Shown piece after piece: positions 19,401-29,327 of a DNA stretch of 64,000 nt. Source of the DNA: Longimicrobiales bacterium (lineage in GTDB: Bacteria; Gemmatimonadota; Gemmatimonadetes; Longimicrobiales; Gaopeijiaceae); the NCBI GenBank assembly GCA_965237885.1, contig CBDEGN010000001.1:71527-135526 (forward strand). Direction: 5' to 3'. The notes under the pieces are model-generated. The model was not told where the DNA came from. It saw only the letters and a list, made by a program, of their open reading frames with translations, and did not search any database. The position numbers and the translations under genes are program-made. Position 1 is the stretch's first letter, and each line of letters begins with the position of its first letter.

Positions 19401-19787
19401 ATCCTGGCCACTTCGGGCACCTTCGCCTACCTGAACCGCCTGGGCGTGCCCGCGGAGCACATCTTCAAGGTGAACGAAGGCCGTCCCAACATCGTGGACG
19501 TGATCGTGAGCGGAGGCGCCGACCTGCTGGTGAACACGCCGCTGGGCAAGAGATCGCAGTACGACGACTACACCATGCGACGGGCCGCCATCACCTGCGG
19601 GGTGCCGTACCTGACCACCATGTCGGCGATGACCGCCGCCTGCGACGGCGTGATCGCGCTGCGCTCGCGCACTCCGGAGGTGAGAAGCCTGCAGGAGCGG
19701 CTGGCGCGCCCCGGAAGCGGGGCTGCGGTCCCCCCGGTGGCCGCCCCCGGCGACTTGGTCGCCGCAGTTCCGGACCCGGCCGGCTGA
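16467..19787 (+). CDS. carB: Carbamoyl-phosphate synthase large subunit
   Basis: The GTG start gives (M)[32 protein letters not shown]. Two ATP-grasp halves are present (second repeat [23 protein letters not shown]), plus a C-terminal MGS-like domain. Confidence 0.95.
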   Translation: MPKRTDLENILILGSGPIIIGQACEFDYSGTQAVRALKEEGYRVVLVNSNPATIMTDPELADRTYIEPLTLEWVERVIARERPDALLPTMGGQTAVNLAVELAQAGVLERYGVELIGANARSIAMCEDREEFTRAMQRIGLEVPAGGVASSLAEARELVRDTGYPAIIRPSFTLGGTGGGIAYNAEEFEGLVRRGLDASPITQVLIDRSVIGWKEYELEVVRDGSDNVIVVCSIENFDPMGIHTGDSITVAPAQTLTDVEYQTMRDAAIAVIREIGVEAGGCNVQFAVNPEDGQLLVVEMNPRVSRSSALASKATGFPIARVGAKLAVGFLLSELPNDITRTTPASFEPVLDYVVAKFPRFAFEKFPETDGVLGVQMQAVGETMAIGRTFRSAWQKGLRGLEVGRPGWTTGKSLSDDGLESEDRDRLLAALRIPTAERPFQLKRALEAVLHGGGEAPLTLADVYEATGIDPWFLDQLMQVIEDEQEYATVSDVTPAHLRAMKRDGFSDRQLARLRSETEAEVRARRHAWDIRPTYNVVDTCAGEFPAATPYYYSSYEDEDESNPSDRDKILILGSGPNRIGQGIEFDYCCVQAVFALREAGFETIMVNSNPETVSTDFDVSDKLYFEPLTLEDVLEIVEREKPKGVVVQLGGQTPLALAQGLEEAGAPILGTSVDAIDRAENRERFERLCRRIGAAVPPNGVATSVEEAVEVGRRVGYPVLVRPSYVLGGRAMQIAYDEAALRGYFGRAIAAAPEHPVLIDRFLEDAFEADVDALCDGTDVVIGGIMQHIEEAGIHSGDSACVLPPYLLTGAELDEMRELTRRFALELGVVGVMNVQYAIRDGRVYVLEVNPRASRTVPFVGKATGVPLARLAARVMAGERLADLDVPEQPAVPGVAVKEAVFPFNRFDVDILLGPEMRSTGEVMGFDDSFGMAFAKAQTSAGNHLPEGGGTLIITVNDADKSTVTPLARRFHDLGFRILATSGTFAYLNRLGVPAEHIFKVNEGRPNIVDVIVSGGADLLVNTPLGKRSQYDDYTMRRAAITCGVPYLTTMSAMTAACDGVIALRSRTPEVRSLQERLARPGSGAAVPPVAAPGDLVAAVPDPAG

Positions 19788-20764
19788 TGGAGGGCCGGGC
19801 ACCCACCGCTTTCTATCTGCATCCCGACGCCGCCCTGCACGACACCGGTTGGGGACACCCCGAGCACCAGGGCCGCTTGCGCGCCCTGGCCTCCACGGTG
19901 GGCCAGAGCCTGCTCACCCTCCACGACCGGGTGGAACAGCGCGATGCCCGCCCGGCCACCGAGGCGGAGCTGCTCCGGGTGCACACCGCCGACCATGTGG
20001 AGCACATCCGGCGGGCGGTGGCGCGCTCGCGCGAGGAGGGGCTGGTGCGGCTGGACCCCGATACGGTGGTCTCACCCGCCTCGTGGGGGGCGGCGGCGGG
20101 GAGCGCGGGCGCGGTGATCACGGCCGCGGAGGCGGTTGCCGGCGGGACGGCCGCCAACGCGTTCGTGGCCACCCGCCCGCCCGGCCACCACGCCACTGCC
20201 GACCGCGCGATGGGCTTCTGCCTGTTCAACCATGTCGCCATCGGCGCGCGCCACCTGCAGGCCAGCGGGCTCGCCGAGCGGGTGCTGATCGTGGATTGGG
20301 ACGTGCACCACGGGAACGGCACCCAGGACATCTTCTACGAAGACGGATCCGTTTTCTACCTGTCCCTGCACCAGTCGCCGCACTACCCGGGCTCGGGTTC
20401 CTTCGAGGAGCGGGGCAGCGGCGCAGGCGCCGGAGCCACCCTGAACCTGCCCCTGCGAGGGGGCACCCCCCGAGCGGCCTACCTGGAGGTGTTCGATGAG
20501 GCGCTGGCGAAGGTCGTGGCCGGCTTCGAGCCCGACTTCGTCTTCATCTCCTCGGGGTTCGATGTGATGGCGGGCGATCCGCTGGGCGGCATGCTGCTGG
20601 AGCCGGAGGATCTACACCGGATGACGCGGCGGGTCATGGATCTCGCCAGGGAACGTGCCCGGGGCCGGGTCGTGGCGCTGCTGGAGGGAGGCTATGATCC
20701 CGCGCGCACCGGGGCCGGGGCTGTCGCTGTCATTCAGGCGCTGGCCGGGTTGGAGATATCCTAG
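19787..20764 (+). CDS. Histone deacetylase-family (acetoin utilisation/acetylpolyamine amidohydrolase-like) protein
   Basis: HPEHQGRL, RPPGHHA, GFCLFN, DWDVHHGNGTQ and the EGGY motifs of the class I/II HDAC fold. Shares 1 nt with the carB stop (TGATG). Confidence 0.85.
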   Translation: MEGRAPTAFYLHPDAALHDTGWGHPEHQGRLRALASTVGQSLLTLHDRVEQRDARPATEAELLRVHTADHVEHIRRAVARSREEGLVRLDPDTVVSPASWGAAAGSAGAVITAAEAVAGGTAANAFVATRPPGHHATADRAMGFCLFNHVAIGARHLQASGLAERVLIVDWDVHHGNGTQDIFYEDGSVFYLSLHQSPHYPGSGSFEERGSGAGAGATLNLPLRGGTPRAAYLEVFDEALAKVVAGFEPDFVFISSGFDVMAGDPLGGMLLEPEDLHRMTRRVMDLARERARGRVVALLEGGYDPARTGAGAVAVIQALAGLEIS

Positions 20765-20949
20765 CGCTGCGTCTTCGGTCGGGCTGCGCAAGTCGCCCGC
20801 ATCTGTTGAATCGCCCGCGCGCCGTTCCTACTATTCGCGGCCCGGTCGACCCGGCCGGAATCACTCCCGGAACAGGAGGATCCTTTGGCCGATAGTCCGC
20901 TTCTCAGCCGCGAGAAGGCGTCGAGCAGGTCCAGTCTGCGCTAGCCGAG

Positions 20950-22083
20950 ATGAGGCTGCACGGCTGGCTGCTCTTCGAGTTTCACGGCCAGAACCCGATC
21001 GCCGCCTCCATGGTGGGGCTCGGGTGGAACACGCGCCGCTCCTTCACCCTGGTCCCCGACCGCGGAGATCCGGTGGCGCTGATTCACGCCATCGAGGGGT
21101 CTTCGTGGCGACACTGGCCCTGGCGCAAGCGCATGTACTCGTCCTGGCGCGAGATGGAGTCGGCGCTGGCCGATCTGGTACGCGGCCGGCCGCGTCTCGC
21201 CCTCGAGACCTCGCCCGGTTCGGCCATCCCGTACCTGGACCGGGTGCCCGCCGGGATGGTGGAGCTGCTGCGCGCGGTGGGGGTGGATCCCGTGAGCTCG
21301 GGCGACCTGGTGTCGATGTTCCACTCGCGCTGGTCCGACGAACAGCTGGCCACCCACCGCCGCTCCGCGACCATTGCGGCCCGCGTCGCGCGCGAAGCCT
21401 TCGAGCACGCCGCCGCTGCCGTGGAGGCCGGGGAGCCCACCACCGAGGGAGCGCTCTCGGACTGGATCCGCGCCCGCATGAATGCGGCCGGCCTCGCCGA
21501 GGAGGTGGACTGCATCGTCGCCATCGGCCCGCGCGCCGCCGACCCGCACTATGCTCCGCAGGGCGCCGGCGAGCCGATCCAGCGCGGCGACCTCCTCCTC
21601 ATCGACCTGTGGGGCAAGCCCACGGCCGGCGACGTTCCCGCCGACCAGACCTGGATGGGCTACCTGGGCCACAAGCTCCCCCGGCGCACCCGGAAGATCT
21701 GGGAAGCCGTGCGCGATGCCCGCGACGCCGCAGTCGACTTCCTGCGCGAGCGCGCCGCCGCCGGCGACGAGGTGTGCGGCTACGAGGTGGACGACGTCTG
21801 CCGCCAGCTCATCCGCAAGCGCGGCTACGGCGACCGATTCGTGCACCGCACCGGCCATTCCATCGATGTGGACCTTCACGGCAGCGGCCCCAACATCGAC
21901 AACCTGGAGACCCGCGACACCCGTCTGCTCCTGCCGGGCGTCGGCTTCTCGATCGAGCCGGGCATCTACCTTCCGGACGACATCGGCATACGCAGCGAAA
22001 TCGACGTGTATCTGGGCGAGGACGGGCCCGAGGTGACCACGCCCGATCCCCAGGAGGAGGTCTTCCTCCTGCTCGACCGCTGA
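20950..22083 (+). CDS. M24 family metallopeptidase (Xaa-Pro dipeptidase-like)
   Basis: The C-terminal pita-bread fold motifs are DLLLIDLWG, HRTGHSIDVDLHG, GVGFSIEPGIY and IRSEIDV. Confidence 0.75.
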   Translation: MRLHGWLLFEFHGQNPIAASMVGLGWNTRRSFTLVPDRGDPVALIHAIEGSSWRHWPWRKRMYSSWREMESALADLVRGRPRLALETSPGSAIPYLDRVPAGMVELLRAVGVDPVSSGDLVSMFHSRWSDEQLATHRRSATIAARVAREAFEHAAAAVEAGEPTTEGALSDWIRARMNAAGLAEEVDCIVAIGPRAADPHYAPQGAGEPIQRGDLLLIDLWGKPTAGDVPADQTWMGYLGHKLPRRTRKIWEAVRDARDAAVDFLRERAAAGDEVCGYEVDDVCRQLIRKRGYGDRFVHRTGHSIDVDLHGSGPNIDNLETRDTRLLLPGVGFSIEPGIYLPDDIGIRSEIDVYLGEDGPEVTTPDPQEEVFLLLDR

Positions 22084-22117
22084 TGGCCCCCGAGGGGTTT
22101 ACCGGTCGGCGCCCGCA

Positions 22118-24391
22118 TTGACGACCCGCGTCGAAGTCGCCCTGCCGCTTCCCGTTGACCAGACCTTCACCTACGCGCTCGGTCCGGGCGCGCGCATTCC
22201 CGTGCCGGGAACACGCGTCCTGGTTCCCTTCCACAGGAGGAAGCGGGTCGGATGGGTGGTGGGCCCCGGACGTCCGGGATCCGAGTCCCTGCGTCTGCGC
22301 CGGGTGTCCGCGGTCCTCGAAGAGGAGCCATCGCTGCCACCCAGGCTCCTCGAACTGACTCGCTGGATCGCCGACTACTACGTGGCCCCGCTCGGCCTCG
22401 TACTGCGCGCGGCTCTTCCGTCGGTTCTGTGCGGGACGGCCCGGGGGGCTCAACCGGGAGTGCGCACCCAGAAGGTCGCGCTCATCTCGCGGTGGCTGGA
22501 GTCGCTCGCCGCACGGGATGCCGCTTTCGCGCGGGCCCCGCGGCAAAGGGCGGCCTACGAAGCCCTGGAGGGAGCGGCGGGCTCCATGCCCCTGGCCTCA
22601 CTCATCGAGCAGGGCTTCAGCCGGGGCGTGGTGAAGGCTCTGGAAGGGAAGGGCATCGTGGAAACGCGGGACCAGGAGGTGGTGCGTGACCCGTTCGCCG
22701 CCACCGGGACGGAACCGCCTCCGCCGCTGGTGCCCAACCCCGCCCAGGCTTCTGCCCTGCGGCATCTGGTCTCCCGGCTTGACGGGCCCGCCCCCGCCCC
22801 CTTCCTGCTCCACGGGGTCACCGCCTCCGGCAAGACCCTCGTCTACATCGAGTTGCTGAAGGAGGTCGTGGAAAAACGGGGCCGGTGCGGCATCGTGCTG
22901 GTCCCGGAGATAGCGCTCACGCCCCAGACCGTCACCCGCTTCCGGGCCCACTTCGGCGACCGCGTCGCCGTGCTTCACTCGAGGCTCTCCGACGGAGAAC
23001 GCTACGATGCCTGGCGGCAGTTGCGATCGGGAGCCCGCCGCGTCGCAATCGGCGCCCGATCGGCCATCTTCGCGCCCCTCACCGATGTGGGCGCGATCAT
23101 CGTGGACGAGGAACACGAGGCCAGCTACAAGCAGTCCGACGCGCCCCGCTATCACGCCCGCGACGTGGCCATCATGCGCGCCCGGCAGGAGGGCGCGGTA
23201 TGCCTGCTGGGGAGCGCGACCCCCTCGCTCGAGAGCTGGTTGAACCAGGCCAGCGGCAAGTTCGAGCTGCTGCGCCTCCCCGAGCGGGCCACCGGGGGCT
23301 CGCTGCCTCCCGTGCGCACCGTGGACCTTCGCGAGGCCCCGGCCGACGGAGCAGCGCCGCGCAACGGCGGCCCTCCCGCTCGCCCCTCGGTCACGGGCCG
23401 GACCGTGCTCTCCCCGGAGCTGACGGGCGCCATCCGCACCCGCCTGGAACGGAGTGAACAGTCGATTCTGCTGCTCAACCGTCGGGGATACTCCAGCTTC
23501 TTCCAGTGCCGCGAGTGCGGCGATGTGCCGGCGTGCGTGTCCTGCTCGGTATCGCTGACCTACCACCGCGTCACCGGGCGCCTGCTGTGTCATCACTGCC
23601 GGTACGAGGAACCGGTGCCGAAGAGCTGCCGGCGCTGCGGAGCCGAGGCGCTTTCGCGGCGGGGACTGGGCACCGAGCAGGTGGAGCGGGTCGTCGCCGA
23701 GTCCTTCCCCGGAGCCCGCATCGCGCGCATGGACGTGGACACCACCTCCCGCAAATGGGCGCACAGCGAGATTCTGGGACGTGTGGGCCGGGGCGAGGTC
23801 GACATCCTGCTGGGGACCCAGATGATCGCCAAGGGGCTCGACTTCCCGCGCGTGACCCTGGTCGGAGTCATCGATGCCGATGTCGGCATCCATCTGCCGG
23901 ACTTCCGCGCCAGCGAGCGCACCTTCCAGCTCCTCAGCCAGGTCGCCGGACGAGCCGGGCGCGGGCCTCTGGGCGGGGAGGTTCTCATCCAGACCCGCAT
24001 GCCGTCCCACTACGCCATCGAGGCGGCGCGGCGACACGACTACGAGGGATTCGCCGAACGCGAACTGAAGGAGCGCGCGGGGCCGGGCTATCCGCCCCAC
24101 GCGCGCATGGTCAACGTGATCGTTACGAGCCGCGACCCCGAGACCGCCGCGGCGGAGGCCGAGGAAGCCGCCACCTGGTTGGAGCGTCGCCTGCGCCGAA
24201 CGCCTGTCGAGCTGACCGGCCCGGCTCCCGCCCCCATCGAACGGCTACAGGAGAGGTGGCGCTGGCACTTTCTCCTGCGCAGCCGCTCCCCAGGCGCACT
24301 GGGGAGCCTCACGCGCGCGTTCGCGGAGAACTTCCGGCCACGCTCCGGCGCCCGCGTTCTGATCGACCGGGATCCGATGGCGTTGCTGTAA
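22118..24391 (+). CDS. priA: Primosomal protein N' (replication restart helicase PriA)
   Basis: TTG start. N-terminal 3'BD (VALPLPVDQTFTYAL), Walker A (GVTASGKT), DEEH box (IIVDEEHE), the Cys-rich zinc region (CRECGDVPACVSCSVSLTYHRVTGRLLCHHCRY...CRRCG), and the C-terminal WRWHFLL. Confidence 0.9.
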   Translation: MTTRVEVALPLPVDQTFTYALGPGARIPVPGTRVLVPFHRRKRVGWVVGPGRPGSESLRLRRVSAVLEEEPSLPPRLLELTRWIADYYVAPLGLVLRAALPSVLCGTARGAQPGVRTQKVALISRWLESLAARDAAFARAPRQRAAYEALEGAAGSMPLASLIEQGFSRGVVKALEGKGIVETRDQEVVRDPFAATGTEPPPPLVPNPAQASALRHLVSRLDGPAPAPFLLHGVTASGKTLVYIELLKEVVEKRGRCGIVLVPEIALTPQTVTRFRAHFGDRVAVLHSRLSDGERYDAWRQLRSGARRVAIGARSAIFAPLTDVGAIIVDEEHEASYKQSDAPRYHARDVAIMRARQEGAVCLLGSATPSLESWLNQASGKFELLRLPERATGGSLPPVRTVDLREAPADGAAPRNGGPPARPSVTGRTVLSPELTGAIRTRLERSEQSILLLNRRGYSSFFQCRECGDVPACVSCSVSLTYHRVTGRLLCHHCRYEEPVPKSCRRCGAEALSRRGLGTEQVERVVAESFPGARIARMDVDTTSRKWAHSEILGRVGRGEVDILLGTQMIAKGLDFPRVTLVGVIDADVGIHLPDFRASERTFQLLSQVAGRAGRGPLGGEVLIQTRMPSHYAIEAARRHDYEGFAERELKERAGPGYPPHARMVNVIVTSRDPETAAAEAEEAATWLERRLRRTPVELTGPAPAPIERLQERWRWHFLLRSRSPGALGSLTRAFAENFRPRSGARVLIDRDPMALL

Positions 24392-24604
24392 CCCGGCGGG
24401 CGTGCCACATCCGCCACGGCCTCACGCCCCCGCCACGGTTGCTCCTTCCCCCGATCCCCGGTACTTTGCGGCGCTGAGCGGCCTCAGGTCGCCCGGGGAT
24501 GCGGCGTTGCGCCGTTTCCGCGGGCGCAATCCGGGTGAGCCCCCAGGGAGAAAGCCGGACCGGGGCCGCCGGAGGCCGGCAACCTCCCGACAACCGATTC
24601 TCCG

Positions 24605-25180
24605 ATGAACTGCCTCGCACTGAACGCCTCCTACGAGCCGTTGACCATCGTACCCGCCCGTCGCGCGGTGCGCCTGGTGCTGGACAGCAAGGCGGAAATT
24701 CTCGAGGCGGAGGAGGCCCGTGCGTTCCGCTCGGAGCACCGCAACGTCCCGTTTCCGGCGGTCATCCGCCTTGTGCGCTTCGTGCACGTTCCGCGTCGCT
24801 TCCGCCGGCAGGTCACCAACACCTTCCTGTTCGCGCGCGACCAATACTCCTGCCAGTACTGCGGCCGCCACCGGGACCGCTTGCGGGGTCGCGAGTTCCT
24901 GACCCGCGACCATGTCCTGCCGATCTCCAGGGGGGGCAGCAACGACTGGACGAACGTCGTGTCCGCCTGCTCACCGTGTAACAACCGCAAGGGGAATCAT
25001 ACCCCCGCCGAGGCGGGCATGCGGCTTCTCTCCGCACCCGACGAGCCCAACTACGTGCACCTGGTCTGGGCCGTGCGCAGCGTAACCCCCGTCCAGGCAA
25101 AGTACGTGCGCATGTTCTACGGAGACGAGATCCTGGAGGCGCTTTCCCTGTCCAGCGTGTCGCCGGCGACCGGCGAGTGA
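24605..25180 (+). CDS. HNH endonuclease
   Basis: CQYCGR...TRDHVLPISRGGSNDWTNVVSACSPCNNRKGN is a classic HNH/Cys-box motif. Confidence 0.8.
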   Translation: MNCLALNASYEPLTIVPARRAVRLVLDSKAEILEAEEARAFRSEHRNVPFPAVIRLVRFVHVPRRFRRQVTNTFLFARDQYSCQYCGRHRDRLRGREFLTRDHVLPISRGGSNDWTNVVSACSPCNNRKGNHTPAEAGMRLLSAPDEPNYVHLVWAVRSVTPVQAKYVRMFYGDEILEALSLSSVSPATGE

Positions 25181-25674
25181 AGGCGCCGTCCCCGCCGCCG
25201 GCTCGTCCGCAGCCGCCTTCGTCTCCGAATCCCCCGCCTCCTAGATCCGCTTCCGGGTCGCCGCCGCCGCCGCCGGCTCGCGCGAATCCCGCTGGCACTC
25301 CGCCGCCCACGCCGGCCGGTGAACGAGGAGCCCGTCGTGACGTCCCTGCGGACCAGGCAACCCTCCCCCCCTCGGCCGCGTCCACTGAGTGGAGCTTTGC
25401 TGACGCCGAAGGCGTGGCTTGGACGGCACAGGTCGCAGGCACTTCACGAAGCGGGGGGGTCGCGGATTCCGGGGCCGCGCTGATGCTGGTGCGGTTTTTT
25501 CCGGAAGCCGACGAGTCCGAGGAACCCCATGGCGAGATTCTGATGGCCGCCCGCAATCTGGGAGAACTCTATCCTGAAGAGTGGCGGGCGTTGCTGGCGG
25601 AGGCCACGCACATGCGTTCCGAGCGTGGCAAGATGCGCCGTAGACACGGTGGACGGCGCCGCCGCCGGCGCTAG
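25177..25674 (+). CDS. Hypothetical protein with Pro-rich N-terminus and Arg-rich tail
   Basis: GTG overlaps the HNH stop (GTGA, 25177-25180). Low-complexity PPPP stretches are followed by a ~90-aa globular-looking segment and RRRHGGRRRRRR. The true start is uncertain. Confidence 0.35.
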   Translation: MKAPSPPPARPQPPSSPNPPPPRSASGSPPPPPARANPAGTPPPTPAGERGARRDVPADQATLPPSAASTEWSFADAEGVAWTAQVAGTSRSGGVADSGAALMLVRFFPEADESEEPHGEILMAARNLGELYPEEWRALLAEATHMRSERGKMRRRHGGRRRRRR

Positions 25675-25727
25675 CGATTCAACAACGTTCGCGATCCACG
25701 TGTCATTCTCGTTGAGGTGACGATCAC

Positions 25728-26258
25728 TTGGACGACGCCACGCTGGTTGAACTGGCCCGGTCCGGAGACGGCGAAGCTTTCGGGCAACTCGTCACTCGGT
25801 ATCGGAGGGCAGCTTATCTGGTGGCTCTCTCGGTGATCGGGAGGCCGGAGGATGCCGAGGACGCGGCCCAGGAAGCATTCCTGGTCGCCCTTGAGCGGCT
25901 CAACGATTGTCGCCGCCCGAGCCGGTTCGCGGGCTGGCTGATGACGATCGTGCGAAACCGGTCGAGCAACCTCGTGCGTCGGGAGGCGCTGCGGGTGACG
26001 GACCAGATACCGTTCAGCGCCCGCTCAAGCATCCCGACGCCGGAAAGGGAGGCTCAGTTGTCCGAGCTGCGCAGCGAGATCGCCGCGGCACTCGGGGAGC
26101 TGCCGGAAGTGCAACGGGAGATCGTGCTCCTCCATGACCTGGAGGGATGGAAACATAGAGAGATCGCGCAGCGGCTCAAGCTTCCCGCGGGAACGGTGCG
26201 CTCCCATCTCCACTACGCGCGCAAGGCGCTGCGCCAGCTGCTGAAGCAGGACAGATAG
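25728..26258 (+). CDS. ECF-type RNA polymerase sigma-70 family factor
   Basis: Region 2 (FGQLVTRYRRAAYLVALSVIGRPEDAEDAAQEAFLVA) and region 4 (VLLHDLEGWKHREIAQRLKLPAGTVRSHLHYARKALR). Confidence 0.85.
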   Translation: MDDATLVELARSGDGEAFGQLVTRYRRAAYLVALSVIGRPEDAEDAAQEAFLVALERLNDCRRPSRFAGWLMTIVRNRSSNLVRREALRVTDQIPFSARSSIPTPEREAQLSELRSEIAAALGELPEVQREIVLLHDLEGWKHREIAQRLKLPAGTVRSHLHYARKALRQLLKQDR

Positions 26259-26324
26259 GTTGAGACGCTCTCAAGTGATGCATATTAAGGCACTAACTAG
26301 CAACGAGATAGGCAAATCAGGCAC

Positions 26325-26726
26325 ATGAGCAATCGAGCTAAGCCGAACAGGCATCAGGATGCGGTCCGCAGCGACAGAATCACCTTGGACGTACTCGATC
26401 CCGGGCACGCGGATCCGGACTACTGGACTCGATTCCAGGCGCGCGTGATGTATCTCGCCGTGCCGGAACTCGCGAGGAGGCGAGCGGCGCGCCAGCCTTC
26501 GATTGGCGATGTGCTGGCGTCCTGGTGGAGGCTGCTGATCCCGGCGTCGGCGGTGGCGGCCGTGGCCATGGCCACCCTCTTGATGCCTGCCGAGGCCACG
26601 ATCGGGCCGGATATCGCTCTCGAGGAGGCATTGGTGTCGGGGTTCGACGATGAACCCCTTCCGGCTGTCCTCGTCGCCGACCAGGTGGATGAAGTAGCCT
26701 TCCTGGTCGCTCTCGAAGGAGCCTGA
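26325..26726 (+). CDS. Putative membrane-anchored anti-sigma-like protein
   Basis: 133-aa ORF immediately after the ECF sigma gene, with a single predicted TM (LLIPASAVAAVAMATLLMP). The assignment is by position only. Confidence 0.35.
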   Translation: MSNRAKPNRHQDAVRSDRITLDVLDPGHADPDYWTRFQARVMYLAVPELARRRAARQPSIGDVLASWWRLLIPASAVAAVAMATLLMPAEATIGPDIALEEALVSGFDDEPLPAVLVADQVDEVAFLVALEGA

Positions 26727-26728
26727 AG

Positions 26729-27271
26729 ATGACTACACGCAACACGCGCGCGGCCGCCGCCGGTGTCCTCGGTTTCACCCTGGCCGCCGGAGTGCTGCTC
26801 GGCGTGGTTTGGGCAAGGAGATCGCCGGACGCGCCGGAACCGGTTGCGTCTACGGCCGTGGCGGCGGAGGGGGCGGAGGAGGACCGCGGAAGGGAGAGCC
26901 GCCGCCGCGGCCTGATGGTCGAACGCGTAGGCCTCAGCGCGGAGCAGCAGATCCAGGTGGACTCCGTGGTGGGCCATGCACGCGGGATGATGCGGCAGCT
27001 GCGGGAGGACTACCGGAACGGATACGGAGAGTTGATCGAGTCCACACGTTCTTCCATCAAGGACGTTCTCACCTCCGAGCAGGCCGCCGAATACGAGGCG
27101 CTGCTGGCCGACTTCGACCGCCGCCGGGCGAGAGATGGAGGTCGAGACGGCGAGCGGCCGGAGACTCGCGAGCGCCGAAGCGAGCCGCGTAGCCCGGGCG
27201 ACACTCCACGACAGAGCGAGGAGCCGGACCGGAGCGAACGGGACAGGGGACAATGGTCATACAGCTATTGA
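26729..27271 (+). CDS. Periplasmic Spy/CpxP-like (LTxxQ motif) protein
   Basis: A signal/TM sequence, then two LTxxQ-like motifs (LSAEQQ, LTSEQA) in helical, charged sequence. Confidence 0.45.
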   Translation: MTTRNTRAAAAGVLGFTLAAGVLLGVVWARRSPDAPEPVASTAVAAEGAEEDRGRESRRRGLMVERVGLSAEQQIQVDSVVGHARGMMRQLREDYRNGYGELIESTRSSIKDVLTSEQAAEYEALLADFDRRRARDGGRDGERPETRERRSEPRSPGDTPRQSEEPDRSERDRGQWSYSY

Positions 27272-28566
27272 GGAGTGGCCGGCGCCTGGCCGCTCTGGCC
27301 GCTCTGCCGATAACCGCGCTCGCGCTGGCGAGCAGCCTTTCAGCGCAGCAGGTGCTGACCCTGGACGAGGCGATCGCCCGATCCCTCCAGGTTCACCCGG
27401 CGATGGCACAGTCCCAGGCCGGTCTGGACAACGCGGGCGTCTCCCACCGGGCCGCCTGGGGAAGCTTTCTTCCGAGCCTGAGCGTCAGCTCCGGGGCCTC
27501 GACCAACAGCAGCCAGCGTTTCGACGCGGCCACCCAGCGGACCGTCGTGGGCGCGAGCGAGAGCTACAACGCGGGCCTGTCGCTCTCCTACAGCCTGTTT
27601 AGCGGAGGGCAGCGTTTCTCCGAGGTCGACCGGGCGCGGGCGGACATCGCCGCGGCCGAAGCAAGCATGGAAGACCAGCGCTTCGGGGTCACGTTGCAGA
27701 CCAAGGATCTTTTCTTCGCCGCGCTGCGCCAGGCGGACCTGCTGGAAGTATCGCGCGCGAGCGTGGCTCGAGCCGAGGAGAGCCTTGCCAACACGCGCCG
27801 CCGCACGCAGCTCGGGTCAGGGACCCGCTCCGACACCCTTCGGGCGCGTCTGGAGCGTGCGAATGCCCTCCAGGCCGTGCTCGCCGGGGAGGCCGCCACG
27901 CGCGCGGCCCGTTTCTCCCTGGGACGGCAGGTGGGGCTGTCGGAGCCGGTCGTGCCCGGGTTCCCGGACAATCTTGATCCGAGCCCGCTGTCCCTCGGCG
28001 AGGCCGAGATTCTGGCCATCGCCGAGGAACGCTCCCCGGCCGTACGCAGCGCCCGCGCCGCCGCCAGGGCAGCTTCCGCTGCCGCTAGCTCCTCACGGAG
28101 TACTCGCCTGCCGTCGCTCCGTCTTTCCTCGGGCTACGACTGGTCGAACAACCAGGCCGCCTTCGACGGGGGGCGCACGGCGTGGAATGTGCGGGTCTCC
28201 GGGAGCTACAACATCTTCGACGGCTTCAACCGCGACCAGAACATCGAGCGCGCGGAGAACCAGGAGCGGGTTTCGTTCGTACAGGAGGAAGACGCCAGAC
28301 GCTTCGCCCGTGCGCAAGCGGACGGAGCGCTGTACGCGCTACGGACTTCCGAGCAAGCCATCCTCCTCGCCAGGGAAGCGCGAGACGTGGCCGCGGAGGA
28401 TCTGCGGGTCGTGCAACAGCGCTTCGACCTCTCAGCTGCGACGATTCTCGACCTGATCACCAGTCAGATCGCGCTCGACCAGGCGGAGTCCGGCCTGGTA
28501 ACTGCGCGATACGACTACGCGGTCGCTCGCGCGCAACTGGAAGCCATTCTGGGGAGGGAGCTGTGA
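27253..28566 (+). CDS. TolC-family outer-membrane efflux protein
   Basis: A signal peptide, then [22 protein letters not shown]..., two OEP repeats, and C-terminal [17 protein letters not shown]. Confidence 0.85.
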   Translation: MVIQLLRSGRRLAALAALPITALALASSLSAQQVLTLDEAIARSLQVHPAMAQSQAGLDNAGVSHRAAWGSFLPSLSVSSGASTNSSQRFDAATQRTVVGASESYNAGLSLSYSLFSGGQRFSEVDRARADIAAAEASMEDQRFGVTLQTKDLFFAALRQADLLEVSRASVARAEESLANTRRRTQLGSGTRSDTLRARLERANALQAVLAGEAATRAARFSLGRQVGLSEPVVPGFPDNLDPSPLSLGEAEILAIAEERSPAVRSARAAARAASAAASSSRSTRLPSLRLSSGYDWSNNQAAFDGGRTAWNVRVSGSYNIFDGFNRDQNIERAENQERVSFVQEEDARRFARAQADGALYALRTSEQAILLAREARDVAAEDLRVVQQRFDLSAATILDLITSQIALDQAESGLVTARYDYAVARAQLEAILGREL

Positions 28567-29273
28567 ACAAGCGTGTCATAGAGACAAAGGACTTGACCAA
28601 ACACTACGTTCTCGGAGCCGAGACCGTACGCGCGCTGCGCCGTGTTGACATCGAGATCTCCCGCGGCGATTTCGTCGCCATCATGGGACCTTCCGGCAGC
28701 GGCAAGTCCACATTCATGAACCTGATCGGCTGCCTGGACACGCCCACCAGAGGTCAGTACTGGCTGAACGGTCAGCTGGTGAGCGAGTTGAGCGACGACC
28801 AGCTCGCCCGGGTCCGCAACCGCGAGATCGGTTTCGTGTTCCAGACCTTCAACCTGCTGCCGCGGGCCACGGCGCTGCACAACGTGGAGCTGCCGCTGAT
28901 CTACGCCGGCGTGGCCGCCCGCGAACGCCGCAAGCGGGCCCGGGAAGCCCTTGAGACCGTGGGATTGGGCCTGCGCATGGAGCACCGGCCTCCCGAGCTG
29001 TCCGGTGGGCAGCGGCAGCGTGTGGCGGTCGCGCGCGCTTTGGTGAACGAGCCTGCCATCCTGCTCGCCGATGAGCCGACTGGAAACCTGGATTCGACCA
29101 CCAGCGAGGAGATCATGTCCGTCCTGGTGGAGTTGAACCGGCGGGGACAGACCATCCTCGTGGTTACCCACGAGCGTGACATCGCCCGATACGCGCAGCG
29201 CCAGATACACCTGCGGGACGGCCTTGTCGAACGCGATTTCAAGAACGAACGCATGATGGCGGCGACTGTTTGA
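28563..29273 (+). CDS. ABC transporter ATP-binding protein (MacB/LolD-type)
   Basis: GTG overlaps the TolC stop (GTGA). Walker [10 protein letters not shown], signature [15 protein letters not shown], Walker [13 protein letters not shown]. Confidence 0.9.
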   Translation: MNKRVIETKDLTKHYVLGAETVRALRRVDIEISRGDFVAIMGPSGSGKSTFMNLIGCLDTPTRGQYWLNGQLVSELSDDQLARVRNREIGFVFQTFNLLPRATALHNVELPLIYAGVAARERRKRAREALETVGLGLRMEHRPPELSGGQRQRVAVARALVNEPAILLADEPTGNLDSTTSEEIMSVLVELNRRGQTILVVTHERDIARYAQRQIHLRDGLVERDFKNERMMAATV

Positions 29274-29327
29274 ATCTTGAACCAGACTGTTCGCGACATT
29301 GCGAAGCGGGATTCTTTGGAGAAGAGA

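Noticed and set aside
24392-24604. A possible small RNA (SRP, 6S or similar) in the 213-nt GC-rich gap between priA and the HNH gene.
   Set aside because: No conserved SRP or 6S motifs are recognisable. GC-rich self-complementarity here is no greater than in the surrounding sequence. This would need a covariance-model scan to revisit.
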